A stretch of DNA of 32,000 bases from Coriobacteriales bacterium OH1046 (lineage in GTDB: Bacteria; Actinomycetota; Coriobacteriia; Coriobacteriales; Atopobiaceae). The position numbers and the translations under genes are program-made. The stretch covers positions 192,936 through 224,935 of the forward strand of contig RQYE01000003.1 of assembly GCA_004010535.1 (NCBI GenBank). Reading direction: 5' to 3'. The notes under the pieces are model-generated. The model was given only the letters and a program-made list of their open reading frames with translations. It made no database searches and had not been told where the DNA came from. Shown here piece by piece: positions 8,446-17,607 of the stretch. Position 1 is the stretch's first letter. Each line of letters starts with the position of its first letter.

Positions 8446-10197
8446 TCAGCCCTCGTAAACGACGTTGCCGTTGGAAATGGTGTAGAGCACGGCGATGTCC
8501 GAGATTTCCTTGACATCGCAGGACAGCGGATCCTTATCGAGAACGACGATGTCGGCGAACTTCCCTTCCTCGAGCGTGCCGGCCTTGTCCTCCCAGAATG
8601 CGGCATAGGCGCCGTTCACCGTGTACATCTGGAGCATCTCGTAAACGGTTGCGGCTTGATCGGCGTTGCGGGTGTAGACGTCGACCTGCTCGTCCTCGCC
8701 CGGATACGGCGAGCATTGGGTGGCACCGGCCTCGATGGCATGGAGGGGCGCGAAATCATAGGTGACCGGATAGTCGTTGGAGCCCGTGATCATGACGCCC
8801 ACGTCGATCAGATCGCGGATATGATACTCGGATGCGAAGCGCTCGGCACCGAACATCTGCTCCTCGAGCGGCGAGAAGAACGGATCGTAGTAGAACCACA
8901 TGGGTTGCATGCAGCAGATGATCTTGTTCTCAGCGGTGCGCGGCACATCCTCCTTGGCAACCAGGTTGTAGTGGGTGATCTTGTTGCGGACGTCGGGGTC
9001 GCCGTTGGCCTTCCTCGATTCCTCGTAGGCGTTTATGGCCATGCGCACGGAGGCGTCGCCCATGCAGTGCATCTGCACCTGGTAGCCGGCGGCGTTCATC
9101 TTGGTGGTGAACGCGGTCATCTCCTCCTGGGTGTTGGCGGGGGAGCTGACGTAGTCGGGGTCGGTACCGGCGGCCGGGTCATAAGGCTCGAGCAGATAGG
9201 AGGACTTGCCCTCGGGCACGCCGTCGACCTTGTGCTTGACCTGCTTGATAGTCAGCATGTCGGAGACATACCGCTGTTCGCTGCCGAGCCTTGCGATGGC
9301 CTCGTCGGCCGCCTCGGCGGTTGCATCGGAGAAGAAGTTGGCGTTGTAACGGACGGTCAGGGTTCCGTCTGCCGCCATCTCGGCGAGCAGGTCGCGCGGG
9401 ATCGAATCACCGCCGGAATCCATGCCGGTGATGCCGTAGGAGTTGGCCTCAGCGAGGAAGCCCATCACGGCCTTGCGGTAGTCCTCGTTGGTGTACTCGA
9501 AATCGGGCAGATAGCCGTCGATGATGGCCCCGCAATCGGAGAAATAGCCCGTGAGCTCACCGTCCCCATCTTTGTAGATGATGCCGGAGGGCGGGTTGGG
9601 GGTGTCTTTGGTGATCCCGCACAGCTCGATGGCGACATCGTTGAGGAACTGCCCATGGCCGGAGACGTCGCTGAGGGAGACGGGCTTGTCGCTGCACACC
9701 TCGTTGATCCAGTCGTTGGTGCCCTTGCTGTCGGGGAAGGCCTTGAGGTCGACGCCCATCCCCAGGTAGATATCATAGTTGGGATGCGCTGCGATGAAGT
9801 CGGCCAGAGCCTGCTTGTAGACTTCGAGATCGACATCGTAGTTCAAGAACGCGATCTCGGTCTCCTCGGTCAGGTACGGGCCGGGAGCATGGATATGCCC
9901 ATCGATGAAGCCGGGCATGGCGCAGGCGCCGCCGAGTTCGATGACCCTGGTGGCGTCGCCGATATAGGTATCGACCCCATCATCGGCACCCACGTAGACG
10001 AGCTTCCCGTCCTTGACGGCGAGCGCCTCGGCGTAGCTGCCCTCCTCGACCATCGTGATGATCGAGCCGCCGCGGATGACGAGGTCCGCCGCATCGATGG
10101 GCCCCTCTTCGACGCCTTTGTTGGAGCATGCGGCGAGGGTTGCGGCGCCGACTGCGGCGGCACTCAAAAATGACCTGCGGGTAAGCTGATCGGACAT
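8446..10197 (-). CDS. Exported (Tat signal, lipobox) metal-dependent amidohydrolase, Amidohydro_3/YtcJ-like family
   Basis: Motifs are GFIDGHIHAPG, MHCMGDASVR, GSNDYPV and ADIVVLDKDP. The N-terminus MSDQLTRRSFLSAAAVGAATLAACSNKG has a twin-arginine motif plus an LAAC lipobox. Start 10197 is preferred over the track start 10242 because GGAAGGAG lies about 6 nt upstream. Confidence 0.9.
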   Translation of the reverse strand: MSDQLTRRSFLSAAAVGAATLAACSNKGVEEGPIDAADLVIRGGSIITMVEEGSYAEALAVKDGKLVYVGADDGVDTYIGDATRVIELGGACAMPGFIDGHIHAPGPYLTEETEIAFLNYDVDLEVYKQALADFIAAHPNYDIYLGMGVDLKAFPDSKGTNDWINEVCSDKPVSLSDVSGHGQFLNDVAIELCGITKDTPNPPSGIIYKDGDGELTGYFSDCGAIIDGYLPDFEYTNEDYRKAVMGFLAEANSYGITGMDSGGDSIPRDLLAEMAADGTLTVRYNANFFSDATAEAADEAIARLGSEQRYVSDMLTIKQVKHKVDGVPEGKSSYLLEPYDPAAGTDPDYVSSPANTQEEMTAFTTKMNAAGYQVQMHCMGDASVRMAINAYEESRKANGDPDVRNKITHYNLVAKEDVPRTAENKIICCMQPMWFYYDPFFSPLEEQMFGAERFASEYHIRDLIDVGVMITGSNDYPVTYDFAPLHAIEAGATQCSPYPGEDEQVDVYTRNADQAATVYEMLQMYTVNGAYAAFWEDKAGTLEEGKFADIVVLDKDPLSCDVKEISDIAVLYTISNGNVVYEG

Positions 10198-10330
10198 ACT
10201 GGGCTCCTTCCATTCCCGACACGTTGCACGCGGCCTTTCCATGGGCCGTCGTTAGGGAAAGCAAAGCACGTCCGTGCAGTCATCCATGGGGTAGATGTTC
10301 GCAACTGGCGGTTCTAACCGGGTTGAGGGG

Positions 10331-10354
10331 CAGGGTATAGTCCTGTATACCCTG
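10331..10354. promoter_or_regulatory. Perfect 9-bp inverted repeat with 6-nt spacer (CAGGGTATA-GTCCTG-TATACCCTG) between the LuxR gene and the amidohydrolase gene
   Basis: Read directly from the sequence. It lies about 14 nt after the LuxR stop and about 135-155 nt upstream of the amidohydrolase start. No T-tract follows on the minus strand, so it is more operator-like than terminator-like. Confidence 0.4.
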
Positions 10355-10367
10355 GCCAGGACGGCAT

Positions 10368-11261
10368 TCAGAGGGGCAATGGCTGCCTTTTCCCCTCGAT
10401 GAGCCTGCGGAGTTCATCTCGATTCGCCACGCCCACCTTGTGGTAGATGCGGTGCGCATGCGTTTTGACCGTGCCCGGCGAGATCCAGAGCTCGTTGGCG
10501 ATGGCATTGTTGGTTTTGCCTGAGAAGATCATGCCCATGATCTCGCGCTCGCGTGCGGTGAGGCCGTGCTCGGCGGCGATGATATCGAGCTGCACCGGTA
10601 TCTGGGCCTCCTCCGGTTCGGACCTCTTGAAGATGCGCCAGAGGTAGAAGATGGCGAGTACCAGGTAGCATACGTTGATGAACTCATTTGCGAAATCGCG
10701 GATGCCGAGGTCGAGGGGGTAGAACCGATTGCTGTCGGGTAGAAGCGCGCTGAAGGTCGATGGGATGCTTACCAGCAGGATGAGGAGCAGCATCCACCTG
10801 AGGCGTCCTCCGCTGATGTCATTGCGTTTCCGGGCGATCCTGTAGATGGCGTCGATCCAGATGTGGGTGATATAGAGCCGTGCGACAACGGGGGCATAGC
10901 GCGCTACGGGGGAGAAGCCGAGCGCAGATGCGAGCGGACAGCAGGCAATGAGCGCATATTCCCATATCCTTAGCTTGCGGTCGAAGATATGGGCCTCGAT
11001 CTCGCTCGTGCCGAGCATGATGCCTACCGTGGCGACGGCTCTGAGAAGGTGCCAGGCCCAGCCCTTCCCCAAGCTCCAGAGCCCGGGGCTGACTTCCTCC
11101 GCGAAGAACAGGCAATGGTCGAGGACGCAGCCGGCCATGAAGAATGCCACCCACAGCAACTTGTCCTCGCGGCGCTGGAGATAGGCGGCCGAGAACAGCA
11201 CGAGCACCATGGTGTTGGCGGCCAGGAGCAAGACGTCGTATATGAAGAGGCCGAGGCTCAT
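10368..11261 (-). CDS. Membrane-anchored LuxR-family transcriptional regulator (multi-TM N-terminus plus C-terminal HTH)
   Basis: The C-terminus LTAREREIMGMIFSGKTNNAIANELWISPGTVKTHAHRIYHKVGVANRDEL is a GerE/LuxR HTH. The N-terminal ~230 aa contain about 6 hydrophobic helices. Start 11261 (MSLGLFIY..., AAGGAG upstream) is preferred over the track start 11303. Confidence 0.85.
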   Translation of the reverse strand: MSLGLFIYDVLLLAANTMVLVLFSAAYLQRREDKLLWVAFFMAGCVLDHCLFFAEEVSPGLWSLGKGWAWHLLRAVATVGIMLGTSEIEAHIFDRKLRIWEYALIACCPLASALGFSPVARYAPVVARLYITHIWIDAIYRIARKRNDISGGRLRWMLLLILLVSIPSTFSALLPDSNRFYPLDLGIRDFANEFINVCYLVLAIFYLWRIFKRSEPEEAQIPVQLDIIAAEHGLTAREREIMGMIFSGKTNNAIANELWISPGTVKTHAHRIYHKVGVANRDELRRLIEGKRQPLPL

Positions 11262-11431
11262 GGGCTCCTTAGGCTGTTTGGGGTGGGCGTGCTGACGACG
11301 CATCTGAGGATATCACGACTTCGGAAAAGCGGCGGCACGCTTCCGTCCACGGCATGTCTAGGCGAGATACGCGCCGGCTGGGCAGCGATGCTCGCACCCG
11401 TTCTCCTCGTATATCTCGAACGTGCTCCTGA

Positions 11432-11860
11432 TCGCGACGAGTTGTTGACGGTGCGGCGGCTGATACCGCCGAAGCAGCCCGCGCATACCGGACGATGATC
11501 GAGAAAAAGACCGCCGACCGCGCTGCCGCCGAGGCGGTCTGAGATATCGCCGCAGCCCTTCCTGCGACGGACGGGATCGCCATCGACCCCGCAGGTGAGA
11601 TCGCAGCTGCGCGCGGGGTCTACGAGGTCCTGGCCGATAAGCAGAAGGAGCTCCCCACCGCCCGGGACGCCCTGGGGGCTATCGAGAGCGCCGAGGCTGC
11701 GCTCCAAGCTGTGCGGGATGCCGAGGCCCAGCGTATCGCCGAGGATGAGGCTGCGGCTGCATCGGCAGCCGAGAACTACGGCTATTCCGAAAGCTGCACC
11801 TGCTCTGCACCCGCACGGTCCGAGGACAGCCGCCTCGGCGAGCCGGTCTACCGCGACTAG
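11432..11860 (+). pseudogene. Coding-like frame with no usable start codon, interrupted by an in-frame TGA; possible gene remnant
   Basis: One frame reads ...VVDGAAADTAEAARAYRTMIEKKTADRAAAEAV, then TGA (11540-11542), then DIAAALPATDGIAIDPAGEIAAARGVYEVLADKQKELPTARDALGAIESAEAALQAVRDAEAQRIAEDEAAAASAAENYGYSESCTCSAPARSEDSRLGEPVYRD, then TAG (11858-11860). It shows G/C-rich third positions like the real genes. There is no ATG/GTG/TTG near either segment start and no Shine-Dalgarno. Confidence 0.25.
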
Positions 11861-11878
11861 GCCGTTTCTGGGCCCATC

Positions 11879-12712
11879 TCAGCCCTGGAGCTGCCCGATC
11901 AGCGCATCGATCAGCGCATCGGGCCTGCGCTTGGGGATGGAGTGGCCGCATTCGGGCACGACCATGAGCCTCGCATCTTGGATCGCCGAGAAGATCGCCA
12001 CGGTCTCGTCGTCGCGGATGCAATCGAACTCGCCGACCATGACCGTCACGGGACACGGGATCGATGCGAGCGATCCTGCGGGGATGTGGGGCTCGTCGAG
12101 CATGAGCTGCAGGAGCTCCGCCGAGACGGATGCCTCCTCGGGCGTGGGGGAGAGCAGGCTCGCATCGACATCCCCGCACCCGCCCCAATCCCAATCGGCC
12201 CAGGCGCGCAGCATCTCGGCGGTCCCCGCAAGATCCCATGCGGGATCCTCGAGCACGCCCCCGGGGGTGAGGTTCGCGCCGAGCGCGAGGACGGAAGCAA
12301 CCCGTTCCGGGCGGTCGCGGGCTATGAGCAGCGCCTCGATGCCGCCATCGGAGAAGCCCACCACATGCACGCGACGTATGCCGAGCGCATCGAGCACGGC
12401 GAGGGCATCGCGAGCAAGGAGCTCGTAGGTCAGATGCGCGCTTCCGCGGCTGGATTTGCCCTGACCCCGTGCATCGAGCGCGACGGCGGGATGCCCCGCC
12501 GCCACGCAGGCATCGATCGCGGGCCCGAAGATGCCATGCTCCTCGCCGTTGCCGTGGAGGAAGAGCACGGGCGTCCCGCCCTCGCGGTCTCCGTAGACGA
12601 AAGCGGCGATCTGCGCGCCATCTTCCATCCCGATGACCCGTGCGAGCGTCGGGATGCTCGAGGGGCGCTCGTAGGGGCTGGGGAAATGCAGGCTGGGGGG
12701 CGTAGGTGTCAT
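11879..12712 (-). CDS. Alpha/beta-fold hydrolase
   Basis: Contains VLFLHGNGEEHG (oxyanion region), the nucleophile elbow VVGFSDGG, and C-terminal ...VVPECGHSIP (catalytic His). The internal start at 12712 (MTPTPPSL...) is preferred because the track start 12805 would overlap the ppc Shine-Dalgarno and start. Confidence 0.85.
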   Translation of the reverse strand: MTPTPPSLHFPSPYERPSSIPTLARVIGMEDGAQIAAFVYGDREGGTPVLFLHGNGEEHGIFGPAIDACVAAGHPAVALDARGQGKSSRGSAHLTYELLARDALAVLDALGIRRVHVVGFSDGGIEALLIARDRPERVASVLALGANLTPGGVLEDPAWDLAGTAEMLRAWADWDWGGCGDVDASLLSPTPEEASVSAELLQLMLDEPHIPAGSLASIPCPVTVMVGEFDCIRDDETVAIFSAIQDARLMVVPECGHSIPKRRPDALIDALIGQLQG

Positions 12713-12798
12713 ATCTGTATCTTTCAGTCGGGCAAGCGCCGGGATCGGGTCTCCTGCCTGTATTGTAGGGAACGTCGCCGAGATAAGGAGGGGAGATC

Positions 12799-15471
12799 GT
12801 GTCATCGCATGGTTTTCCGCATGCGGCCGTTCCCGATGAGCTGGCCCAGAATATGGCGCTGTTCCTGCGCTTGGTGCGGCGCGTGCTCGGCGAGTACGAC
12901 GAGAGCCTGAGGAACGGCTTCGACGAGTTGCTCGACTGCATGGAACGGGCCGGCGCCGCAGAGGATGCCGCGCAGATCGACGCCTCGATCGACCGTGCCG
13001 TCGCGCTGACCGAGGGCCTTCCCGAAACCCAAGCCCAGCTATTGACCCGCGCCTTTGCGACGTACTTCCATCTGGCGAATATCGCCGAGGAGGATTACCG
13101 TGTGGATACGCTGCGCAAACGCGAGCGCGAGGTGCTGGCGACCGGTGCCGATACCACCGATGAGCTTGTCGGCGCCTACCGCAGCCTTATCGCGGACTGC
13201 GGGGAGGAGAAGGCCGGGCGGCTCCTCTCCAACCTCGAGTTCCACCCCGTCTTCACAGCCCATCCCACCGAAGCCCGCCGCAACGCGGTCGAGGGCAAGA
13301 TCCGCCGGATCGCGGCCCTCCTCGCCGAGCGCGCCGGCATCGGGGGCGTCGAAGCCCTCGATAACGAGCGCAAGATGCTCCAAGAGATCGATGCGCTCTT
13401 CCGCACCAACCCCATCGCCCCCAAGCGCCCCTCGCCGGTCGAGGAGGCCGAATCGCTCATCGCGATCTTCGACAACACGCTCCTTCCGCTGGCCATCGAT
13501 GTGTACCGGCGTCTCGATGATGCCCTGCTCGATGCCGAGGCCGGCCTTGTGGAGCCGGTTGCCCCGGCCTTCTTCCGCGTGGGCAGCTGGATCGGCTCCG
13601 ACCGGGACGGCAATCCCAACGTGACCGCCAAGGTCAGCCGCAAGGTGGCCGAGAAGTTCCGCACCCACATCCTCTCGGTGCTCGCCGAGCGCACGGAGCA
13701 GGTGGGGCGTGCGCTGACTCTCGAGAGCGGCTCCACGCCCGCGAGCGAGGCCCTCGTGAACCTGTGGAACCACCAGGTCGAGATGAGCGAGGTCCTCTCC
13801 ACGCAGGCGCTCGAGATATCGGCGCGCGAGCCCCACCGCGCGGTCATGCTCGTCATCGCCAACCGCCTGCAGGCCACGATCGCCCGCACGGCGGATCTCA
13901 TGTATGCAAGCTCCGATGACCTGCTCGGCGACCTGCGCGTAGTCCAGCGCTCTCTTGTGGATGCCGGTGCCCCGCGCGCCGCCTACGGACCGCTCCAAGA
14001 CCTTATCTGGCTGGTCGAGACCTTCGGTTTCCATCTTGCCGAGATGGAGTTCCGCCAGCATTCGCTCATACATGCCCGTGCTTTGGAGGATATACGGGCG
14101 CACGGCGCCCGCGGAGAGCGGGGTACGCTCGAGCCCATGACGCGCGAGGTGCTCGATACCTTCCGCGCCATCGGCTCCATCCAGCGCAAGGGAGGGTTGC
14201 GCGCCGCACGCCGCTACATCGTCTCGTTCACCAAGAGCGCGGGCGACATCGCCGCCGTCTATGAGCTCTGCCGCCTCGCCTTCGCCCACGAGAAGGATGT
14301 CCCCGTGCTCGATGTGATCCCGCTCTTCGAGCAGATCGCAGACCTCGAGGACGCCGTTGCCACGCTCGACGAGATCGTCGAGCTGCCGCAGGTCAAGCTC
14401 CGCCTCGCCGAGACGGGTAACACCCTCGAGGTCATGCTCGGCTATTCCGATTCATCCAAGGACGCGGGGCCCGTGTCCGCCACGTTCGTGCTCCACGCAG
14501 CCCAGCTCGCCATCGCCGATTGGGCCAAGGCGCGCGGCATCCGCCTTATCCTCATGCATGGGCGCGGAGGCGCCGTCGGGCGTGGGGGAGGGCCGGCGAA
14601 CCATGCGGTCCTCGCGCAGCCCAAGGGATCGGTCAACGGCTGCTTCAAGCTCACCGAGCAGGGCGAGGTCATCTTCGCACGCTATGGGAATGCGGCGCTT
14701 GCACGCCGTCATGTGGAATCGGTTGCAGCGGCGACGCTTTTGCACGCGAGCCCGCGCATCGGGCGCAGGAACATGTCCTCCACGCACGGTTTCTCCGAGA
14801 TGGCATCGCAGCTCGACGCCGTCTCGCGCGCGCACTACCTCGATCTGCTCGGAACGCCCGGCTTCGTCGAGTGGTTCGCCACGGTCACCCCCTTAGACGA
14901 GGTGGGCCTCCTACCCATCGGCTCGCGTCCCGCCAAGCGCGGCCTCGCGGCTTCCGCGCTCGAGGATCTGCGCACGATCCCCTGGGTCTTCTCATGGTCC
15001 CAGGCACGCGTCAATCTTGCCGCCTGGTACGGTTTGGGCAGCGCCTGCGAGCACGTGGGCGACCTCGGATTGCTCCGCAGGGCCTATGCGGAATGGCCGC
15101 TCTTCACAACCTTCATCGATAACATCGAGATGTCCCTCGCCAAGACCGATGCCCGTATCGCCGGGATGTACCTCGCGCTGGGTGGGCGCGACGACCTAGC
15201 CGATACGGTGCTTCGCGAGATGGAGCTCACCGCGCGGTGGGTCATGCGGATCATCGGCGAAGATCAGCTGCTCCAGCATCGGCGTGTGCTTGGACCCGTC
15301 GTCAGGAACAGGCTCCCCTTCGTGAACGCCCTCTCCATCATGCAGGCGAATGCCCTGCGCGTCCTGCGCACAGCCGAGGGGCGGCTCACACCCCAGCAGA
15401 AGGAACGGGAGACCTCCCTCATCCTCTGCACCGTCTCCGGCGTCGCCGCAGGCCTCCAGAATACAGGCTAG
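12799..15471 (+). CDS. ppc: Phosphoenolpyruvate carboxylase
   Basis: 890 aa with a GTG start preceded by AAGGAGG. Motifs are VFTAHPTE, GYSDSSKDAG and LMHGRGGAVGRGGGP, with the C-terminal QNTG. Confidence 0.97.
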   Translation: MSSHGFPHAAVPDELAQNMALFLRLVRRVLGEYDESLRNGFDELLDCMERAGAAEDAAQIDASIDRAVALTEGLPETQAQLLTRAFATYFHLANIAEEDYRVDTLRKREREVLATGADTTDELVGAYRSLIADCGEEKAGRLLSNLEFHPVFTAHPTEARRNAVEGKIRRIAALLAERAGIGGVEALDNERKMLQEIDALFRTNPIAPKRPSPVEEAESLIAIFDNTLLPLAIDVYRRLDDALLDAEAGLVEPVAPAFFRVGSWIGSDRDGNPNVTAKVSRKVAEKFRTHILSVLAERTEQVGRALTLESGSTPASEALVNLWNHQVEMSEVLSTQALEISAREPHRAVMLVIANRLQATIARTADLMYASSDDLLGDLRVVQRSLVDAGAPRAAYGPLQDLIWLVETFGFHLAEMEFRQHSLIHARALEDIRAHGARGERGTLEPMTREVLDTFRAIGSIQRKGGLRAARRYIVSFTKSAGDIAAVYELCRLAFAHEKDVPVLDVIPLFEQIADLEDAVATLDEIVELPQVKLRLAETGNTLEVMLGYSDSSKDAGPVSATFVLHAAQLAIADWAKARGIRLILMHGRGGAVGRGGGPANHAVLAQPKGSVNGCFKLTEQGEVIFARYGNAALARRHVESVAAATLLHASPRIGRRNMSSTHGFSEMASQLDAVSRAHYLDLLGTPGFVEWFATVTPLDEVGLLPIGSRPAKRGLAASALEDLRTIPWVFSWSQARVNLAAWYGLGSACEHVGDLGLLRRAYAEWPLFTTFIDNIEMSLAKTDARIAGMYLALGGRDDLADTVLREMELTARWVMRIIGEDQLLQHRRVLGPVVRNRLPFVNALSIMQANALRVLRTAEGRLTPQQKERETSLILCTVSGVAAGLQNTG

Positions 15472-17480
15472 CGCTGGCTCTCGTGCTTCTCGAAGAAATC
15501 GAAGCGGGGCGGCAGCTCTATGAGCGCGTGATCTTCGGGCTTCTCCGCACAGCATGCCGCCAGCTCCTCGAATCCCTCGAAGGCATGCTCCCACGAGAAG
15601 AAGAGCTCGTTCGGGAACCGCAGGCACTCCGCGATACGCTCGCACCCGCTCGGCACCACCGGATGCATGAGCAGGGTGAGGGTGCGAAGGCAGCGGAAGG
15701 CGTCGGCGAGCGCCCGGCGATAGGCCGCCTCATCGCCCTTCGATGCCCTCGAGGCGTCATCCCAGCGCTTGTTGGCGCAGCGCCCGAACTCCTCGGCGAT
15801 GCCCAGGGCCTCGTGGGCGTTGAAGGCGTGCGCTGCAGCCTCGAAACCGAGCGCGGCCTCATCGCAGAGCTCGACGCAATCCGGGCTGGGACTTTCGGCG
15901 GGCAGATGCCCCGCGCACGCGCGTGCGGCACCATAGAAGCAGCTCCGGGCCAGCCGGTTGAAGATATTGGTCAGAAACGCGCTCTCCTTGAGAGCGGGAT
16001 CGGCCACGCGCGGATCGTCTTTCACGAGGATCTCCGCCCCGGTCTCCTTGTCGGTGCGGCTGATGCTCGTGTCGAATGCCTTGGGCGCGAAGCTCACGGC
16101 CTTCTGGTCGAGGCCGAGCGAGAGCCAGTGGGCGCGCAGCTGCTCGGCGGTATAGGATCCCAGCAGCTCCACGGCCATGGGCGGCTTTAGGGCGCCCGAG
16201 CTCGACGCCTTCTTGTTCATGAAGAGGATGTGGTGGTTGGCGACGGGGGTGTCTTGGAAGAGGCCCCAATCGAGCGCCTCCCAGAGCGCCGGCTGGGCCA
16301 CGCAGTAGAAGTAGATGTTGTCCTGGCCGATGAATTGGTATACGCGGGCATCGTCGGCGCACCACCAATCGCGCCAGTCGGTGGAGGAGTAGCGGCCCTC
16401 CTCGGCGGTCGCGAGCACGGTCTGCGTGAAGGAGATGGGCGCCCAGAGGCTCTCGGGCCATACCCAGACGGTAAGACCCGCGATGCCCTCGAGATCGGGC
16501 GCGGGCACGCCCCACCCGATGTTGCCGGTGATGCGGAAGGGCAGCAGCGTCTTGCCCGTGCGGAAGCGCACGCCCGCCTCCTCGAGGATGCTGCGCGCGC
16601 GGTCGCGGTCCTCCCACGTGGAGAACCCTACCGAGAAGGACGTCTGGCTTCCCTCCGCCTCGTGCAGCGTATGAGTCGGCAGCGCGCCGGCAAGCGCGCC
16701 GAAGGCCCTGCGGAAGCTGTTCTGGATGTAGATGACGGGATCGGCGAGGGATTCGCGCACGGTCTTGGTGACGATGCCGCGCACCTGCGGGTCCGCGTCC
16801 CACGCACCGGCGAGCCTCTCGAGCGATGAGCGGAAGGCGGGCAGGTCGAAGTACCAGTTGTCGACCGGACGCAGCTCCGGCACGGTGCCGGTGATCTGCG
16901 AGACGGGGGCGATGAGCTCCTCGGGATCGAATTGATGGCCCAGATCGCATTCATCGGCATAGGCCTTCTCGCTCTTGCAGCCGCGCACGGGGCAACGGCC
17001 CTGGACCTGGCGGCCGTTCAGGAACGTGCCCGCCTCGACGTCGAAGAACTGGCGCGTGGACAGCTTCTTGAGATGGCCCTGCTCGTGGAGGCGGCGGATG
17101 AGCCCGTCGGAGAGGTCGGCGTGGAAGGAGCGGGCCGGCTCGAGTCCCGAGCCCGCGAAGATATCGAGCGAGATCCCGTAGGCGTCGAGCGCCTCCTTCT
17201 GCAGCTCATGGTTGGCACGCACATAATCCCCGATGGAGCCCCCATAGCCCTCTTCGGCGACCTTCTTGCGGTAGCCCTCCATGATGGGGGAGCCATAGCA
17301 GTCGGTACCGGAGACGAAGATCACGTTCTCGGCGCCGATGCGATCGCGCAGGAAGCGCGCGAAGAAGTCGGCCGGCACGAAGACGCCGCCGATATGGCCG
17401 AAGTGCAGGCTCTTGTTGCCATAGGGCATCCCGCCGGTGAGGACGGCGCGTTTGGGGAATGTGGGTCGTGCCATGAGCAT
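15468..17480 (-). CDS. metG: Class I aminoacyl-tRNA ligase, methionyl-tRNA synthetase-like (divergent)
   Basis: 670 aa. The HIGH region is SLHFGHIGG and the zinc knuckle is GRCPVRGCKSEKAYADECDLGHQF. MetRS-like blocks are VWVWPESLWAPIS and FIGQDNIYFYCV. The KMSKS position reads NKKASSSG. A second ATG at 17474 has better Shine-Dalgarno spacing and may be the true start. Confidence 0.78.
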   Translation of the reverse strand: MLMARPTFPKRAVLTGGMPYGNKSLHFGHIGGVFVPADFFARFLRDRIGAENVIFVSGTDCYGSPIMEGYRKKVAEEGYGGSIGDYVRANHELQKEALDAYGISLDIFAGSGLEPARSFHADLSDGLIRRLHEQGHLKKLSTRQFFDVEAGTFLNGRQVQGRCPVRGCKSEKAYADECDLGHQFDPEELIAPVSQITGTVPELRPVDNWYFDLPAFRSSLERLAGAWDADPQVRGIVTKTVRESLADPVIYIQNSFRRAFGALAGALPTHTLHEAEGSQTSFSVGFSTWEDRDRARSILEEAGVRFRTGKTLLPFRITGNIGWGVPAPDLEGIAGLTVWVWPESLWAPISFTQTVLATAEEGRYSSTDWRDWWCADDARVYQFIGQDNIYFYCVAQPALWEALDWGLFQDTPVANHHILFMNKKASSSGALKPPMAVELLGSYTAEQLRAHWLSLGLDQKAVSFAPKAFDTSISRTDKETGAEILVKDDPRVADPALKESAFLTNIFNRLARSCFYGAARACAGHLPAESPSPDCVELCDEAALGFEAAAHAFNAHEALGIAEEFGRCANKRWDDASRASKGDEAAYRRALADAFRCLRTLTLLMHPVVPSGCERIAECLRFPNELFFSWEHAFEGFEELAACCAEKPEDHALIELPPRFDFFEKHESQR

Positions 17481-17607
17481 GTCCTTTATGTCGAAAACGT
17501 CATTTCATCTTCCCGATTATCCCACAACGGCATTTCGCGGTGCTATCCTTGCTCAGGATGATTTGCCGGAGATGCCGGCAGGCTGCCGCGTGATTGGAGA
17601 TCGCTCG

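Noticed and set aside
8206-10173. 655-aa plus-strand ORF opposite the amidohydrolase
   Set aside because: It is an antisense shadow ORF that is Gly/Val/Asp/Ala-rich, with no recognisable domain. The minus-strand gene has clear catalytic motifs, a signal peptide, a Shine-Dalgarno and a terminator.
11595-12428. 277-aa plus-strand ORF overlapping the alpha/beta hydrolase
   Set aside because: It is an antisense, Ser/Pro/Arg/Ala-rich shadow ORF. The minus-strand hydrolase has the nucleophile elbow and catalytic His.
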